Below are positions 9,750 through 19,877 of a stretch of DNA of 64,000 nt, in pieces. Both the position numbers and the translations under genes were made by a program. Origin of the DNA: Clostridiales bacterium (GTDB lineage: Bacteria > Bacillota > Clostridia > TANB77 > CAG-508); contig SVGD01000002.1 in assembly GCA_015056485.1 (NCBI GenBank), positions 71,662 to 135,661 of the forward strand, in the 5' to 3' direction. A model generated the notes under the pieces. That model was not told the DNA's origin. It searched no databases and saw only the letters and a program-made list of their open reading frames with translations. The stretch's first letter is position 1; each line of letters starts with the position of its first letter.

Positions 9750-10036
9750 GGTTCCTCAAGCCATCTCCATTTGTTACATGGAAAATAAATACTAAGTGGT
9801 CCATAAACCTTTTGATACATATCTTTTAAATTTTTTAAATTTTTAGTATATTCTCTGTGTAAGCATAAAGCTCTTTGGTCCTCAGGGTGAGTATCTAAAT
9901 ATAGACCTAATTCAATTACTGCAAAGTTTAAACATTTAATCTGTTCTATCATTTCTTCTCTTTTACTGTCTTTACATTCATTTCTATTTTCTTCGCATTT
10001 TGTTTCTTCACATTTACAATCTTTATTATCTATCAT
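9722..10036 (-). CDS. cotJB: spore coat protein CotJB
   Basis: 104 aa, NFAVIELGLYLDTHPED...WRWLEEPWPWE CotJB signature; overlaps cotJC start. Confidence 0.85.
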   Translation of the reverse strand: MIDNKDCKCEETKCEENRNECKDSKREEMIEQIKCLNFAVIELGLYLDTHPEDQRALCLHREYTKNLKNLKDMYQKVYGPLSIYFPCNKWRWLEEPWPWERGNF

Positions 10037-10377
10037 CGATTACAACCCTCCCCCATTTTATTTGATTTTTTTAAATACTCTATTTGCATTTGTGACTGTC
10101 CTGGCATATATGGACTAACTAATTCTGGAAATATGGTTCCCATTTTTAGTCCAACACATGGAGTAAATGTTTTTTTCATCGTTTGCCATGGCACATAACT
10201 TTGTGCATACATATAATTGCTTGGGAAAGTATTATCTTCATCAAAACCACAACTACACATATCTGTATTATTGTATGAATTTAAAACATCTGCGCATGTT
10301 TGTTCCATATAATTATCATCATATTCATCATATTTATGATTACACCCACAATTGCAACTTCTAGTGTTTCTATACAT
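10033..10377 (-). CDS. cotJA: spore coat-associated protein CotJA
   Basis: 114 aa Cys/Tyr-rich, first gene of cotJABC arrangement. Confidence 0.75.
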   Translation of the reverse strand: MYRNTRSCNCGCNHKYDEYDDNYMEQTCADVLNSYNNTDMCSCGFDEDNTFPSNYMYAQSYVPWQTMKKTFTPCVGLKMGTIFPELVSPYMPGQSQMQIEYLKKSNKMGEGCNR

Positions 10378-10474
10378 ATAAATCCTCCTTTTTGTATATA
10401 TTACATTTTATGATTTTATTACAAAAAAAGTGCAAAAAAATATTCCAGTTGGTATTCGTAAATTTACATAACAT

Positions 10475-10503
10475 TTGTTTTTTTTAGGAATTTATGGTAT
10501 AAT
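10475..10503 (+). promoter_or_regulatory. extended -10 promoter for GC-rich lipoprotein gene
   Basis: TTGTTT-17-TGgTATAAT. Confidence 0.5.
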
Positions 10504-10637
10504 ATATACGTAATTAATTTTAGTATTCCTGATTAATATGAATTTAAGACGGATAAGGTTAAGGAGCTGTTCTTAATCGATTGGGTTTTGCTAAAATAAG
10601 TACATTGAAATTTATTTTTTATTTGGAGGAAAAAGTT

Positions 10638-11495
10638 ATGACCACTACTAAAAAAGTTTTCACTCGCGTTGTCACAGTCATTTTCATTATCGCTCTCCTT
10701 ATCTTCTCATTCGCAACATGTAGCAGCAATACCAGCACCGGCACAGATTCCGCAACATCCGTTACAGACCCCGCACCCGGCCTCAAGTTTGTAGAATACC
10801 CGTCCATAAGCCCCGTATTCGACAATGAATATTCCAAAATGTCAGAAGAAGAAAAAGGAGAATATAAATCCAGTCTTCTTTCAGCTTATTTCAACGCCTT
10901 GGAGGCTTATTATCCCCAGGATCATCTTGAAATAAATGCAGACTATTCTTCTGAGCACAATCTCTACTATCCGGTGGAGTTCCAGGAAGAGGTACGTACC
11001 GGTTATTCATCAGACTTCCTAATTGGAGTCGATGAGAATGGTTACCTTAAGGCTTCCTGGCTTTCCAATGTCGACTTCGGCAGCGCTATTGTTTTCGAAG
11101 AAAGCCTTGAAGAGTATCAAGAAATCGTACTTCGCTCACGCAATTGTTGGGTTGTTTACAACTCACTTTCCGGTGAGTTGTTGAAGTATCACCTCATCAA
11201 AGGCGAAGAGCAAATTGGGTTCGTACCTAAAGGCTCAAATTATGTAGGAGAATCCAATAGATATGACTTATATTTCCAGTCTGGAGATAAAATCTATCAG
11301 ATGGATAGTAATGGCAGCATCACATTGCTCGCTGAAAATGTCGACTATGTGATTGATTGTGATTATGATCTCACAGTTGATTCCCCCAGCGAACCACTCT
11401 TTATGATGGAGGATGGCTCCGTAAAGGCCTATCTTTATTATAAAGATGGAGGTAGTCTGGTAGATCCTCGAGACTACAGAGATTACCTTAAATAA
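10638..11495 (+). CDS. putative lipoprotein, GC-rich islet gene
   Basis: Start ATG 10638 with GGAGG RBS (track start 10581 is an N-ext); signal peptide + lipobox FATC; about 45% GC, codon usage (gcc, acc, ggc, ctc) unlike host genes. Confidence 0.6.
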   Translation: MTTTKKVFTRVVTVIFIIALLIFSFATCSSNTSTGTDSATSVTDPAPGLKFVEYPSISPVFDNEYSKMSEEEKGEYKSSLLSAYFNALEAYYPQDHLEINADYSSEHNLYYPVEFQEEVRTGYSSDFLIGVDENGYLKASWLSNVDFGSAIVFEESLEEYQEIVLRSRNCWVVYNSLSGELLKYHLIKGEEQIGFVPKGSNYVGESNRYDLYFQSGDKIYQMDSNGSITLLAENVDYVIDCDYDLTVDSPSEPLFMMEDGSVKAYLYYKDGGSLVDPRDYRDYLK

Positions 11496-11511
11496 AATTA
11501 GCAAAACCCCA

Positions 11512-11552
11512 AAAAGGGCGCCTATCGAAAGATAGTGCGCCCTTTTACCTTT
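11512..11552. terminator. bidirectional intrinsic terminator (lipoprotein gene / pyk)
   Basis: GGGCGCCTATCgaaaGATAGTGCGCCC hairpin + T-run. Confidence 0.6.
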
Positions 11553-11554
11553 TA

Positions 11555-12994
11555 TTAAATTCTTATTATTCCACCAATTACATCATTAATTCCGTCTTGT
11601 TCTACTTCAAAGCTTGGTGCAATTTTTGATCCTCCTGCAACTACTATTTTGTCTCCTTTTTGTAAGAATCCTTCTTCTTTTAAAGTTTCTACCGCTTTTT
11701 TTATTAAAGCATCTATGTTATCTTCATCTTTAATTAATTTAGGTATAATATTCCAACATAATCCTAATTGTCTATATGTTACTTCATTTGATGTTATTGC
11801 AAATATTGGACATTCTGGTCCAAAACTAGATAACATTCTTGTTGTATCTCCTGTATTTGTATAAGCAACAATTGCTTTTGCACCAACATTTGCAGCTAAG
11901 GTACAAACAGAATAATTCATATTAAATTTATAATCTAAGTCATCTAATGCATACTCTCTGTTTTTAAATCTCTTCCAATATTTTAATGACTCTTCTATTG
12001 CTACTGAAACTTTATTCATTGTTTCAACGCATTCTACTGGATAGCTTCCTGTTGCAGTTTCTCCTGATAACATTATACAACTTGTTCCATCATATATTGC
12101 GTTTGCAATATCACTTACCTCTGCTCTTGTTGGTCTTGGATTTTGAATCATAGATTCTAACATTTGTGTTGCTGTAATAACTGGTTTTCCTGTTTTATAG
12201 CATTTTTTTATGAATTGTTTTTGATAAATTGGAACTTGTTCCATTGGAATTTCAACACCCAAGTCTCCTCTTGCTACCATTATTCCATCAGAAACTTCTA
12301 ATATTTTATCAAAATTATCAATTCCTTCTCTATTTTCAATTTTAGCTATTATTTTTATATGTTCTCCACTGTTTTCCTTTAAAACTTCTCTAATAGCATT
12401 TATATCTTCAGGCTTTCTAACAAAAGATGCTGCTATATAGTCAAACCCAACTTTTATACCATATTTTATATCTTCAACATCTTTTTCTGTAATACTTGGT
12501 AAATGTAAAATTAGGTTTGGAACATTTACACTTTTTCTGTCAGTTAATTTTCCACCATGAATTACTTTACAAATAATGTCACCATCTTTAATTTCAATTA
12601 CTTTTAGCTCAATTGTTCCATCATTTATTAGCACTGTTGTTTCTACTGCTACATCTTTATATAATCCTTTATATGATACAGAAACTTTTGTATTATCCCC
12701 CATAATATCTTCATCTACAAGAGTAAATATAGCTCCTTCATTAAGATATATTTCTCCTTTTTCAAATTTTCCTATTCTTATTTCTGGACCTTGTGTATCT
12801 AAAAGTAAAGGAATAGGTAATCCTAATTCATCTCTTACTTTTTTAAAAGTATTAATTCTTTCTTCTTGGTCTTGATAATTTCCATGTGAGAAGTTAATTC
12901 TTCCTACGTTCATTCCTGCAAGCATCAATTTTTTTAATGTTTCTGGATTATCTGATGCAGGTCCAATTGTACATACAATTTTAGTTTTTCTCAT
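11555..12994 (-). CDS. pyk: pyruvate kinase
   Basis: 479 aa, MRKTKIVCTIGPAS...NFSHG...MVARGDLG canonical PK motifs. Confidence 0.9.
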   Translation of the reverse strand: MRKTKIVCTIGPASDNPETLKKLMLAGMNVGRINFSHGNYQDQEERINTFKKVRDELGLPIPLLLDTQGPEIRIGKFEKGEIYLNEGAIFTLVDEDIMGDNTKVSVSYKGLYKDVAVETTVLINDGTIELKVIEIKDGDIICKVIHGGKLTDRKSVNVPNLILHLPSITEKDVEDIKYGIKVGFDYIAASFVRKPEDINAIREVLKENSGEHIKIIAKIENREGIDNFDKILEVSDGIMVARGDLGVEIPMEQVPIYQKQFIKKCYKTGKPVITATQMLESMIQNPRPTRAEVSDIANAIYDGTSCIMLSGETATGSYPVECVETMNKVSVAIEESLKYWKRFKNREYALDDLDYKFNMNYSVCTLAANVGAKAIVAYTNTGDTTRMLSSFGPECPIFAITSNEVTYRQLGLCWNIIPKLIKDEDNIDALIKKAVETLKEEGFLQKGDKIVVAGGSKIAPSFEVEQDGINDVIGGIIRI

Positions 12995-13041
12995 AATTTA
13001 TTCCTTTCGTATAAAAAATATATATTTATAAATTATTCATT

Positions 13042-14118
13042 TTAATGTTTTTTTGATATTGCTACAGCAGTTCCAATAATTGCTATACCTAAAACAGATA
13101 ATAATATTATAGCAGGCATTTTATTTGTTTTTTGTATTTCTACATTTTTAAAAGATACAAATACATTTAATTTGTATTCTCTTTTTGCTATTCCATCTTT
13201 TGCTGTAACTATAATTTTAATTAAATTATCTCCTTCAATTAAATTTTCATTTCCAATTATTTCATATGTAGCATCTTCAATTTCTGGCTCTACCAAAATT
13301 TCTAGACTTGACAATTTTTCATTTATGGTTAAGTTATAATTATAAATATTATTTTTAAAGCTTGGATAAAAACTAAATCCTTTTACTGACAAATTTTTTA
13401 AATTAGCATTTACCATATCTACATCATCAGTTTTTGTAACATATATAGTATATGTTTTTGTTTTTCCTGATTCAGCTTTAACTGTTATACTTATTATGTT
13501 TTCTCCTTCTTGCAAATCCGAATTTCCTTCAATCATTACTATTGAATTTTCATCCTCTGGATATGCTTCTATATTAACAGATTCTACTGATAAATCAACT
13601 ATTAAATAATATTCAGTTATATCCTTATTAAACTCTGGTTCTAATCCATCTATATCTAAAATTAAATTTCCTAAATTTGCATTATCTGATAATCTTTCTG
13701 TAGAAGAAGAATTATTATTTATTGTTTCACTTTGTGATGGTCGTTGTGTCTGTGTAGGTTGTTCTATAGTAGGCTGTTCAACAGCTGGTTCTTGAATTGA
13801 TGGTTTTTCAATTGTAGGTTCCTCGACTGTTGGTTCATCAACAACTGGTGGCTTATATTCATTTTCATTTTGACTAGGTTTTTCTTCATAATTATTATCA
13901 TTTCCAGTGTTTTCATTAGTCGCTCCATTATTCCCATCATTTCCTGTATTTGAATCTTCAGTTTCACCTGAATTGTCATTTCCTGTACTTTCATCTGGAG
14001 TACCTATAGTACCATCTGGATTCTCTGTTGCAAAACTACTAAACGTTAAACATAATATCATTAATATAAATAAACTAATAACTAAAATAGTCTTTCTTGT
14101 TTTCATATTTCTCTCCAT
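13042..14118 (-). CDS. cell-surface protein with two cadherin-like beta-sandwich repeats, low-complexity stalk and C-terminal TM anchor
   Basis: Signal peptide, T/N/G/E/P-rich region with (EPxIEQPT) repeats, two about 90-aa repeats (ANLGNL.L...L.P.F......Y...V), C-terminal hydrophobic helix + KKH. Confidence 0.55.
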   Translation of the reverse strand: MERNMKTRKTILVISLFILMILCLTFSSFATENPDGTIGTPDESTGNDNSGETEDSNTGNDGNNGATNENTGNDNNYEEKPSQNENEYKPPVVDEPTVEEPTIEKPSIQEPAVEQPTIEQPTQTQRPSQSETINNNSSSTERLSDNANLGNLILDIDGLEPEFNKDITEYYLIVDLSVESVNIEAYPEDENSIVMIEGNSDLQEGENIISITVKAESGKTKTYTIYVTKTDDVDMVNANLKNLSVKGFSFYPSFKNNIYNYNLTINEKLSSLEILVEPEIEDATYEIIGNENLIEGDNLIKIIVTAKDGIAKREYKLNVFVSFKNVEIQKTNKMPAIILLSVLGIAIIGTAVAISKKH

Positions 14119-14149
14119 TATTATTAATAAATCTTAAAGTATATTCTTA

Positions 14150-14866
14150 TTACCATTCCTGATTATCTAAAACTTTTTTAGGGTTTTCTGTTGATATCTT
14201 ATAAAATTCTTCATCACCAATAATTTTTTTAATTTTCTTAATTGCTTGTGGTATTATTGGATAAACTGTTTTTGTTTTATGACAATCACTGCCTAAAAAA
14301 TCCACCTGATTTCTTTTTAATAAAATTTTAACTGTTTTTTTAGCATTTTTTCCATATAATTCTAAAATACTACCATAATTACATTGTATTAAAGCACCTT
14401 TATCTATGTAGTCTTGAACCAAATTAGGTTCATCTTGCACACATTTATATCTTTCTGGATGTGCAATAATTGGTTTTATACCAATAGATTGTAATGCAAA
14501 TAATATATGGTCTAAATAATTAACTGTTGTACTAAGTGGTAATTCTATAAGTAAATATCTACTTTTACCTAAGGTTAATATTTTATTCTGTTTGATAAAT
14601 TCTTCTAATTTATTAAAAATATATACTTCCATTCCTGAGTGTAAATTTAAATTAATATCTTGATTTTCTAATACTTCTTGTAATTTATTTTTCCAAAATA
14701 TTATTTCTTGAGGAGTTGGTTCATAATAATCTAATAAAAAATGTGGTGTCATTATAATATCTGTAAAGCCAATTTTTTTAGCTTCTTTTATCATATCAAA
14801 TGTTTCTTGTACACTTTTTGAACCATCATCAATTGATGGAATGATATGTGAATGCATATCTATCAT
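14150..14866 (-). CDS. cpsB: capsular polysaccharide tyrosine-protein phosphatase (PHP family, CpsB/Wzh/YwqE)
   Basis: MIDMHSHIIPSIDDGS N-terminal PHP motif; downstream of cpsC/cpsD. Confidence 0.85.
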   Translation of the reverse strand: MIDMHSHIIPSIDDGSKSVQETFDMIKEAKKIGFTDIIMTPHFLLDYYEPTPQEIIFWKNKLQEVLENQDINLNLHSGMEVYIFNKLEEFIKQNKILTLGKSRYLLIELPLSTTVNYLDHILFALQSIGIKPIIAHPERYKCVQDEPNLVQDYIDKGALIQCNYGSILELYGKNAKKTVKILLKRNQVDFLGSDCHKTKTVYPIIPQAIKKIKKIIGDEEFYKISTENPKKVLDNQEW

Positions 14867-14876
14867 ATTTCTACCT

Positions 14877-15689
14877 CTATATTTTATTGTTTTTTAAAAA
14901 ATCATTTAACTGTTTTTCAATTTCATCTGACTTTTCTCTTGATACTTTACCTCTTGTTTTTTGTTCATATTGAACATTGTTTTTTTCTTCTCTTGTTGCT
15001 GACGAACTATAATAATATGTTGATTCATATTTTTCAATATTTACTGGTATTTTGTTAATTACTACACCTGCAATTTTTCCACCAACATTTTCTATTGCTT
15101 TTTTTACTTTTTGAAGTCCATCTTTTTTTGTAGCTTTATGTGCAGTTACAATTATTGTACTATCAGCTTCTCTTGATAATATAACAGCATCTGTAACAAG
15201 TAAACTAGGTGTTCCATCTAATATTATAATATCAAAAACCTCTTTCAATCTTTCTAACATATTAGTTGTTGCTTCTGATGCTAATAATTCTGATGGATTT
15301 GGTGGTACATTTCCAGATGGTATTACATATAAATTTTCTACTTCTGTTTTTCTTACATATTTTAAAATATCTTCTTCTACACTTCCATTTTCATTTAGTC
15401 CAGATAAATAATTTGATAATCCTGGAATAGCATCTATTTGAAACATTTTATGAAGTCTACCTTTTCTCATATCAGCATCAACTATAGCTACTTTTTTACC
15501 TGCTTGTGCAAAAGTAACTGCTAAATTTGATGCAACCCATGTTTTACCTTCACCTGGCATAGTTGATGTTATTAATAAAGTTTTTAATGATTTTTTAGAA
15601 TTCATAAATTGTATATTTGTTCTTAATGTTCTAAACACTTCTGCTACTGGAGATTTAGGACTTCTTTGTACTATTAATTCTCTTCTCAT
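14877..15689 (-). CDS. cpsD: BY-kinase cytoplasmic ATPase (CpsD/Wze)
   Basis: Walker A TSTMPGEGKT, Walker B IIILDGTP, Tyr-rich C-terminal tail ESTYYYSSSA. Confidence 0.85.
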   Translation of the reverse strand: MRRELIVQRSPKSPVAEVFRTLRTNIQFMNSKKSLKTLLITSTMPGEGKTWVASNLAVTFAQAGKKVAIVDADMRKGRLHKMFQIDAIPGLSNYLSGLNENGSVEEDILKYVRKTEVENLYVIPSGNVPPNPSELLASEATTNMLERLKEVFDIIILDGTPSLLVTDAVILSREADSTIIVTAHKATKKDGLQKVKKAIENVGGKIAGVVINKIPVNIEKYESTYYYSSSATREEKNNVQYEQKTRGKVSREKSDEIEKQLNDFLKNNKI

Positions 15690-16402
15690 TACCTTCTACC
15701 TCCTTTTTTTATTTTGTTTTCCACTTCATAATTTGGTATTGAACTTAATACTAATAATCCTGTTGAGCTTTCAACATCTTGTTCTGTTTTTATTGTTGTA
15801 TCTAACATATTAAGTACTAAAACAAATCCTACAGAAATTACTATACCTATAAATGCAAATATTACTATATCTTTCATATGATTTATATTTGAAGGAACCT
15901 CATTTGGTTCTGCTCTATCTAAAACATAAATATTACTAATATTATATATTTCTACTACTTTTTCACTAAATACTTCTGCTATTTTATTAGCTATTTGAGC
16001 TGCATTATTTGGATCTAAATTTTTCACAGTTATTTCTATTACTTCTGTATCTTTAACAGCTTGTACTGAAATATTCTTTCTAATACTTTCTTCTGTTAGC
16101 CCTTCTATATCAAGGCTGTCCACAACTTGAGATAAAACAGCTTTACTTTTCATAATTTCACTATATGTAGAAACAAGTTTTGAGTTTATTGTTAAATCTG
16201 TTTGTGTAATTCCTTGTCCTGATTGTTCAACAGTTGCTGAACTTTGAACTAACACCAATGTTGTTGATGCTTTGTATTCTGGAACTATAAAAAAGTATGA
16301 ATACACTACTCCTATAGCAATAGTAATTAATGTTATTAATACTATTTCAAGTCTTCTGTTCCAAAAAATTGTAAATAATTCTTTTAAATCTAATTCTTCC
16401 AT
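15689..16402 (-). CDS. cpsC: polysaccharide co-polymerase / chain-length determinant (CpsC/Wzd)
   Basis: N- and C-terminal TM helices flanking periplasmic-type domain; start overlaps cpsD. Confidence 0.8.
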   Translation of the reverse strand: MEELDLKELFTIFWNRRLEIVLITLITIAIGVVYSYFFIVPEYKASTTLVLVQSSATVEQSGQGITQTDLTINSKLVSTYSEIMKSKAVLSQVVDSLDIEGLTEESIRKNISVQAVKDTEVIEITVKNLDPNNAAQIANKIAEVFSEKVVEIYNISNIYVLDRAEPNEVPSNINHMKDIVIFAFIGIVISVGFVLVLNMLDTTIKTEQDVESSTGLLVLSSIPNYEVENKIKKGGRR

Positions 16403-16531
16403 TTTTCTCCTCTTTCTTTAGTAATTTTTCACTTAAATATTATATATGTTTAATTATTTTTTTACAACACTTTTTATAAATAAAAATAATGCATGCACAT
16501 ATTTTTAAAGTGCATGCATTTTTTTATATTT

Positions 16532-17698
16532 TTAATCTCTTGCAAATAAATCTCTTGTATATATTTTTTCTTTTACATCTTTCAATTCATCATTTAATCT
16601 GTTTGCAACAATTACGTCAGATAAAGCTTTAAACTCATCTATATTATTTATAACTTTACTATTAAAAAATTCACTTTCTTTTAATGTAGGTTCATATACA
16701 ACTACTTCTATTCCTTTAGCTTTTATTCTTTTCATAATACCTTGAATTGCACTTGATCTAAAATTATCTGAATCACTTTTCATTGTTAATCTATAAATTC
16801 CTACAACTTTAGGTGATTTTTTTATGATTTCATCTGCTATATGGTCTTTTCTTGTTGTATTACTTTGCACAATTGCACTTATTAAATTTTCTGGAACATC
16901 TGCATAATTTGCTTTTAACTGCTTTGTATCTTTTGGTAAGCAATATCCTCCATATCCAAAAGATGGATTATTATAATGTCCACCTATTCTTGGATCTAAG
17001 CTAACACCTTCTATAATATCTTTTGTGTTAAGACCTTTTAATTCTGCATATGTATCTAATTCATTAAAATAAGCTACTCTTAAAGCTAAATATGTATTAG
17101 CAAATAATTTAACCGCTTCTGCTTCTGTAGAATCCATAAATTTAATATCTACATTTTCTTTTAAACAACATTCTTTTAAAAGATTAGCAAATTGTTCTGC
17201 TCTTTCAGATTTTTCACCAACTATTATTCTTGAAGGATATAAATTATCGTATAATGCTTTTCCTTCTCTTAAAAATTCTGGACTAAACATTATATTATCA
17301 ATGCTATATTTTTCTTTAATAGATTTTATAAATCCAACAGGTATTGTAGACTTAACTACCATAGTAGTATCTATCCCCATACTTTTTACCTTTTCAATTA
17401 TATCTTCAACAGAAGAAGTATCAAAATAATTTTTTGTATCATCATAATTTGTTGGAGTACTAATTATAACAAAATTAGCTCCTTCAAAAGCTTCTTTGTA
17501 ATCTAAAGTTGCTTTTAAATTCAACTCTTTTGTTGCAAAATATTCTTCTATTTTTTCGTCTTTTATAGGTGATATTCTATTATTTATCATCTCCACTTTT
17601 TCAGGTATTACATCTAATGCTACAACTTCATTTTTTTGGCTTAGTAATGTCGCTAAAGATAGTCCTACATATCCTGTTCCTGCTACTGCTATTTTCAT
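16532..17698 (-). CDS. ugd: UDP-glucose 6-dehydrogenase
   Basis: 388 aa, [19 protein letters not shown] Rossmann, GGYCLPKDT catalytic Cys motif. Confidence 0.9.
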   Translation of the reverse strand: MKIAVAGTGYVGLSLATLLSQKNEVVALDVIPEKVEMINNRISPIKDEKIEEYFATKELNLKATLDYKEAFEGANFVIISTPTNYDDTKNYFDTSSVEDIIEKVKSMGIDTTMVVKSTIPVGFIKSIKEKYSIDNIMFSPEFLREGKALYDNLYPSRIIVGEKSERAEQFANLLKECCLKENVDIKFMDSTEAEAVKLFANTYLALRVAYFNELDTYAELKGLNTKDIIEGVSLDPRIGGHYNNPSFGYGGYCLPKDTKQLKANYADVPENLISAIVQSNTTRKDHIADEIIKKSPKVVGIYRLTMKSDSDNFRSSAIQGIMKRIKAKGIEVVVYEPTLKESEFFNSKVINNIDEFKALSDVIVANRLNDELKDVKEKIYTRDLFARD

Positions 17699-17710
17699 TG
17701 TTTATTCCCC

Positions 17711-18703
17711 CTATATATATAACTCTTTGTTTATTTTATACCATTCTACAAAATTTTCAATACCTTCTTTAAAAGAAGTTTTTGGATTATATCCTATTAA
17801 ATCTTTTGCCTTAGAAATGTCCGCAAAAGTTCTTTCTACATCACCTGGTTGCATAGGTAATTGTTCTATTTCTGCTTTTACTCCTACTACTTCTGATATA
17901 GTATTTATCATTTCTTTTAATGATACTGGAGAAGAATTTCCTAAATTTAATATTTCATAAACATTGCTATTATTTAATGTATATTCACAAGATTTTATAA
18001 TCCCATCTACAATATCATCTATATATGTATAATCTCTTGAAGTTGAACCATCTCCAAACATTGGTATTGAAGCACCTTCAAGCATTAATCTTGTAAATTT
18101 ATTAATTGCTAAATCTGGTCTTTGCTTTGGTCCATATACTGTAAAAAATCTAAGCATAATTACATTCATATTAAATAACTTATGGTAAACATGTGTCATG
18201 ACTTCATTTGCTTTTTTTGTTGCCGCATATGGGCTTATTGCAAAATCAACAATCATGTCTTCTTTAAATGGCACTTGCTTACAATTTCCATAAACACTGC
18301 TTGAAGATGCCATAACAAGATTTTTACAATTATGCGAATTCATTTCTTCTAAAATATTTTGTGTTCCCATACAATTTACATCTTGATATAAAACAGGATT
18401 TTCAATAGATGGTCTTACACCTGCCATAGCAGCTAAGTGCATTACTACATCTATTTTATTTTCTTCAAATATTTTCTTTACTGCTTCTTTCTCTCTTATA
18501 TCTGCACGATATAATTTATAATTTTCATTATTTAAAAATTCTTTTACATTATTTTCTTTAATTTTTGGATTATAAAAATCGCAAAAATTATCAATAGCAA
18601 CTACTTTATTAGCATTTTCTAATACTTTTTTAGTTAAACTTGAGCCTATAAAACCTGCTCCTCCGGTTATTAGGTATGTCTTCATTCTTTTACCTTCTTT
18701 CAT
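17711..18703 (-). CDS. NAD-dependent nucleotide-sugar epimerase/dehydratase (possibly UDP-glucuronate 4-epimerase)
   Basis: 330 aa, TGGAGFIGS, YxxxK (YAATKKANE); adjacent to ugd. Confidence 0.75.
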   Translation of the reverse strand: MKEGKRMKTYLITGGAGFIGSSLTKKVLENANKVVAIDNFCDFYNPKIKENNVKEFLNNENYKLYRADIREKEAVKKIFEENKIDVVMHLAAMAGVRPSIENPVLYQDVNCMGTQNILEEMNSHNCKNLVMASSSSVYGNCKQVPFKEDMIVDFAISPYAATKKANEVMTHVYHKLFNMNVIMLRFFTVYGPKQRPDLAINKFTRLMLEGASIPMFGDGSTSRDYTYIDDIVDGIIKSCEYTLNNSNVYEILNLGNSSPVSLKEMINTISEVVGVKAEIEQLPMQPGDVERTFADISKAKDLIGYNPKTSFKEGIENFVEWYKINKELYI

Positions 18704-19857
18704 TTTTTTAGAGCATCTCTTAATTGTGTGCTGCTTGTACCTTGTGTATATGGAAAATATACTATTTCTACATCTTTATCTTTAAAATATTCTTCATATC
18801 TATTAAAACGTTCTGTACCTTTATAATCACTACCAACAAATAATTTATTATAATGGAACTCATTCCATGCATCTGCATCTTCTGGATAAGATTCTATAAC
18901 CTTATCTACATATTTTATATGTCCAACTATATCTTTTCTTTCTTCAAAAGGTATAAACGTTTCTTTCCTCTTCCACGCTCCACTTTTATGAACTCCAACT
19001 ATTAAATAATCACATTGTTCTTTTGCTCTTCTTAACAAATTTAAATGTCCGATATGGAACAAATCAAATGTACCACTTAAATATCCAATTACTACTTGTG
19101 TTTTATTACTCATTTTTCTATTGTTCATTTTATAATCATAACTTTCTATTCCAAATTTAATTGGATTGTTTTGATAACGTTCTATTACATTCTTATATAC
19201 TTCGTCATATTGTGGTATGTATAAAGTATTTCTTTTAAACATATTCTCTATAATATTTTCTGCAATTAATTGTGTTTGATTTATATCATTTTTTCCGCCC
19301 TCAAATTTTGTTCCTTTTAATGAACCTGGGGAAACATCTAATATTCTGTTTTCTGTATTCTTTTTCATAAGTTCTATATTAATATTTTCAATAAAGCCAC
19401 ATAATCCCATCTTACTTGCACCATAGACAGAAAATAAAGGTGAAGCAACATGTCCTGCAATACTTCCTATAATAGCAGTATAAAATTCTTCATTTAATAT
19501 TTTTTGATAATATTTTTTAATAATACGAATTATTGATAATTCATTACATTTTATAAGATTTGTAATTTCAGTTTCATTTAAATCTTCAAATAATGCAATT
19601 CTACCAAAACCAGCAGTAATAATTAACGTGTTTATATCTTGTATTTTATCAAAAATTTCATATTCTTCATTTATTAAATTCACTTTATAAAATTCTGTTT
19701 TTGTTGTAAATTGTTCTCTCAAATCTATAGGAATATCTTCAATTATTGGTTTATCTTTTCCAACAATATATATATGATTATAATCGTTTTTTATTAATTC
19801 TATTACTAGAGATAATCCGATACCGCTATTTCCTCCTACAACTAATGCATTTTTCAT
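18700..19857 (-). CDS. bifunctional SDR oxidoreductase / nucleotidyltransferase (glycerol-3-phosphate cytidylyltransferase-like) fusion
   Basis: N-terminal VVGGNSGIGLSL + YGASKMG SDR motifs; C-terminal GTFDLFHIGHLNLLRRA (HxGH) + IKYVDKVI cytidylyltransferase motifs. Confidence 0.7.
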   Translation of the reverse strand: MKNALVVGGNSGIGLSLVIELIKNDYNHIYIVGKDKPIIEDIPIDLREQFTTKTEFYKVNLINEEYEIFDKIQDINTLIITAGFGRIALFEDLNETEITNLIKCNELSIIRIIKKYYQKILNEEFYTAIIGSIAGHVASPLFSVYGASKMGLCGFIENINIELMKKNTENRILDVSPGSLKGTKFEGGKNDINQTQLIAENIIENMFKRNTLYIPQYDEVYKNVIERYQNNPIKFGIESYDYKMNNRKMSNKTQVVIGYLSGTFDLFHIGHLNLLRRAKEQCDYLIVGVHKSGAWKRKETFIPFEERKDIVGHIKYVDKVIESYPEDADAWNEFHYNKLFVGSDYKGTERFNRYEEYFKDKDVEIVYFPYTQGTSSTQLRDALKK

Positions 19858-19877
19858 TTAAATACCTCCGTTAATAT

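Noticed and set aside
10581-10637. N-terminal extensions in track ORFs (10581 start of lipoprotein gene; 62253 start of pgk; 63367 start of gap; 35575 TTG of glgP; 29320 TTG of pglE fragment)
   Set aside because: In each case a downstream ATG with a strong Shine-Dalgarno (GGAGG/AAAGGAGAG/AAGGATGA) gives the canonical conserved N-terminus. The upstream residues are unconserved.
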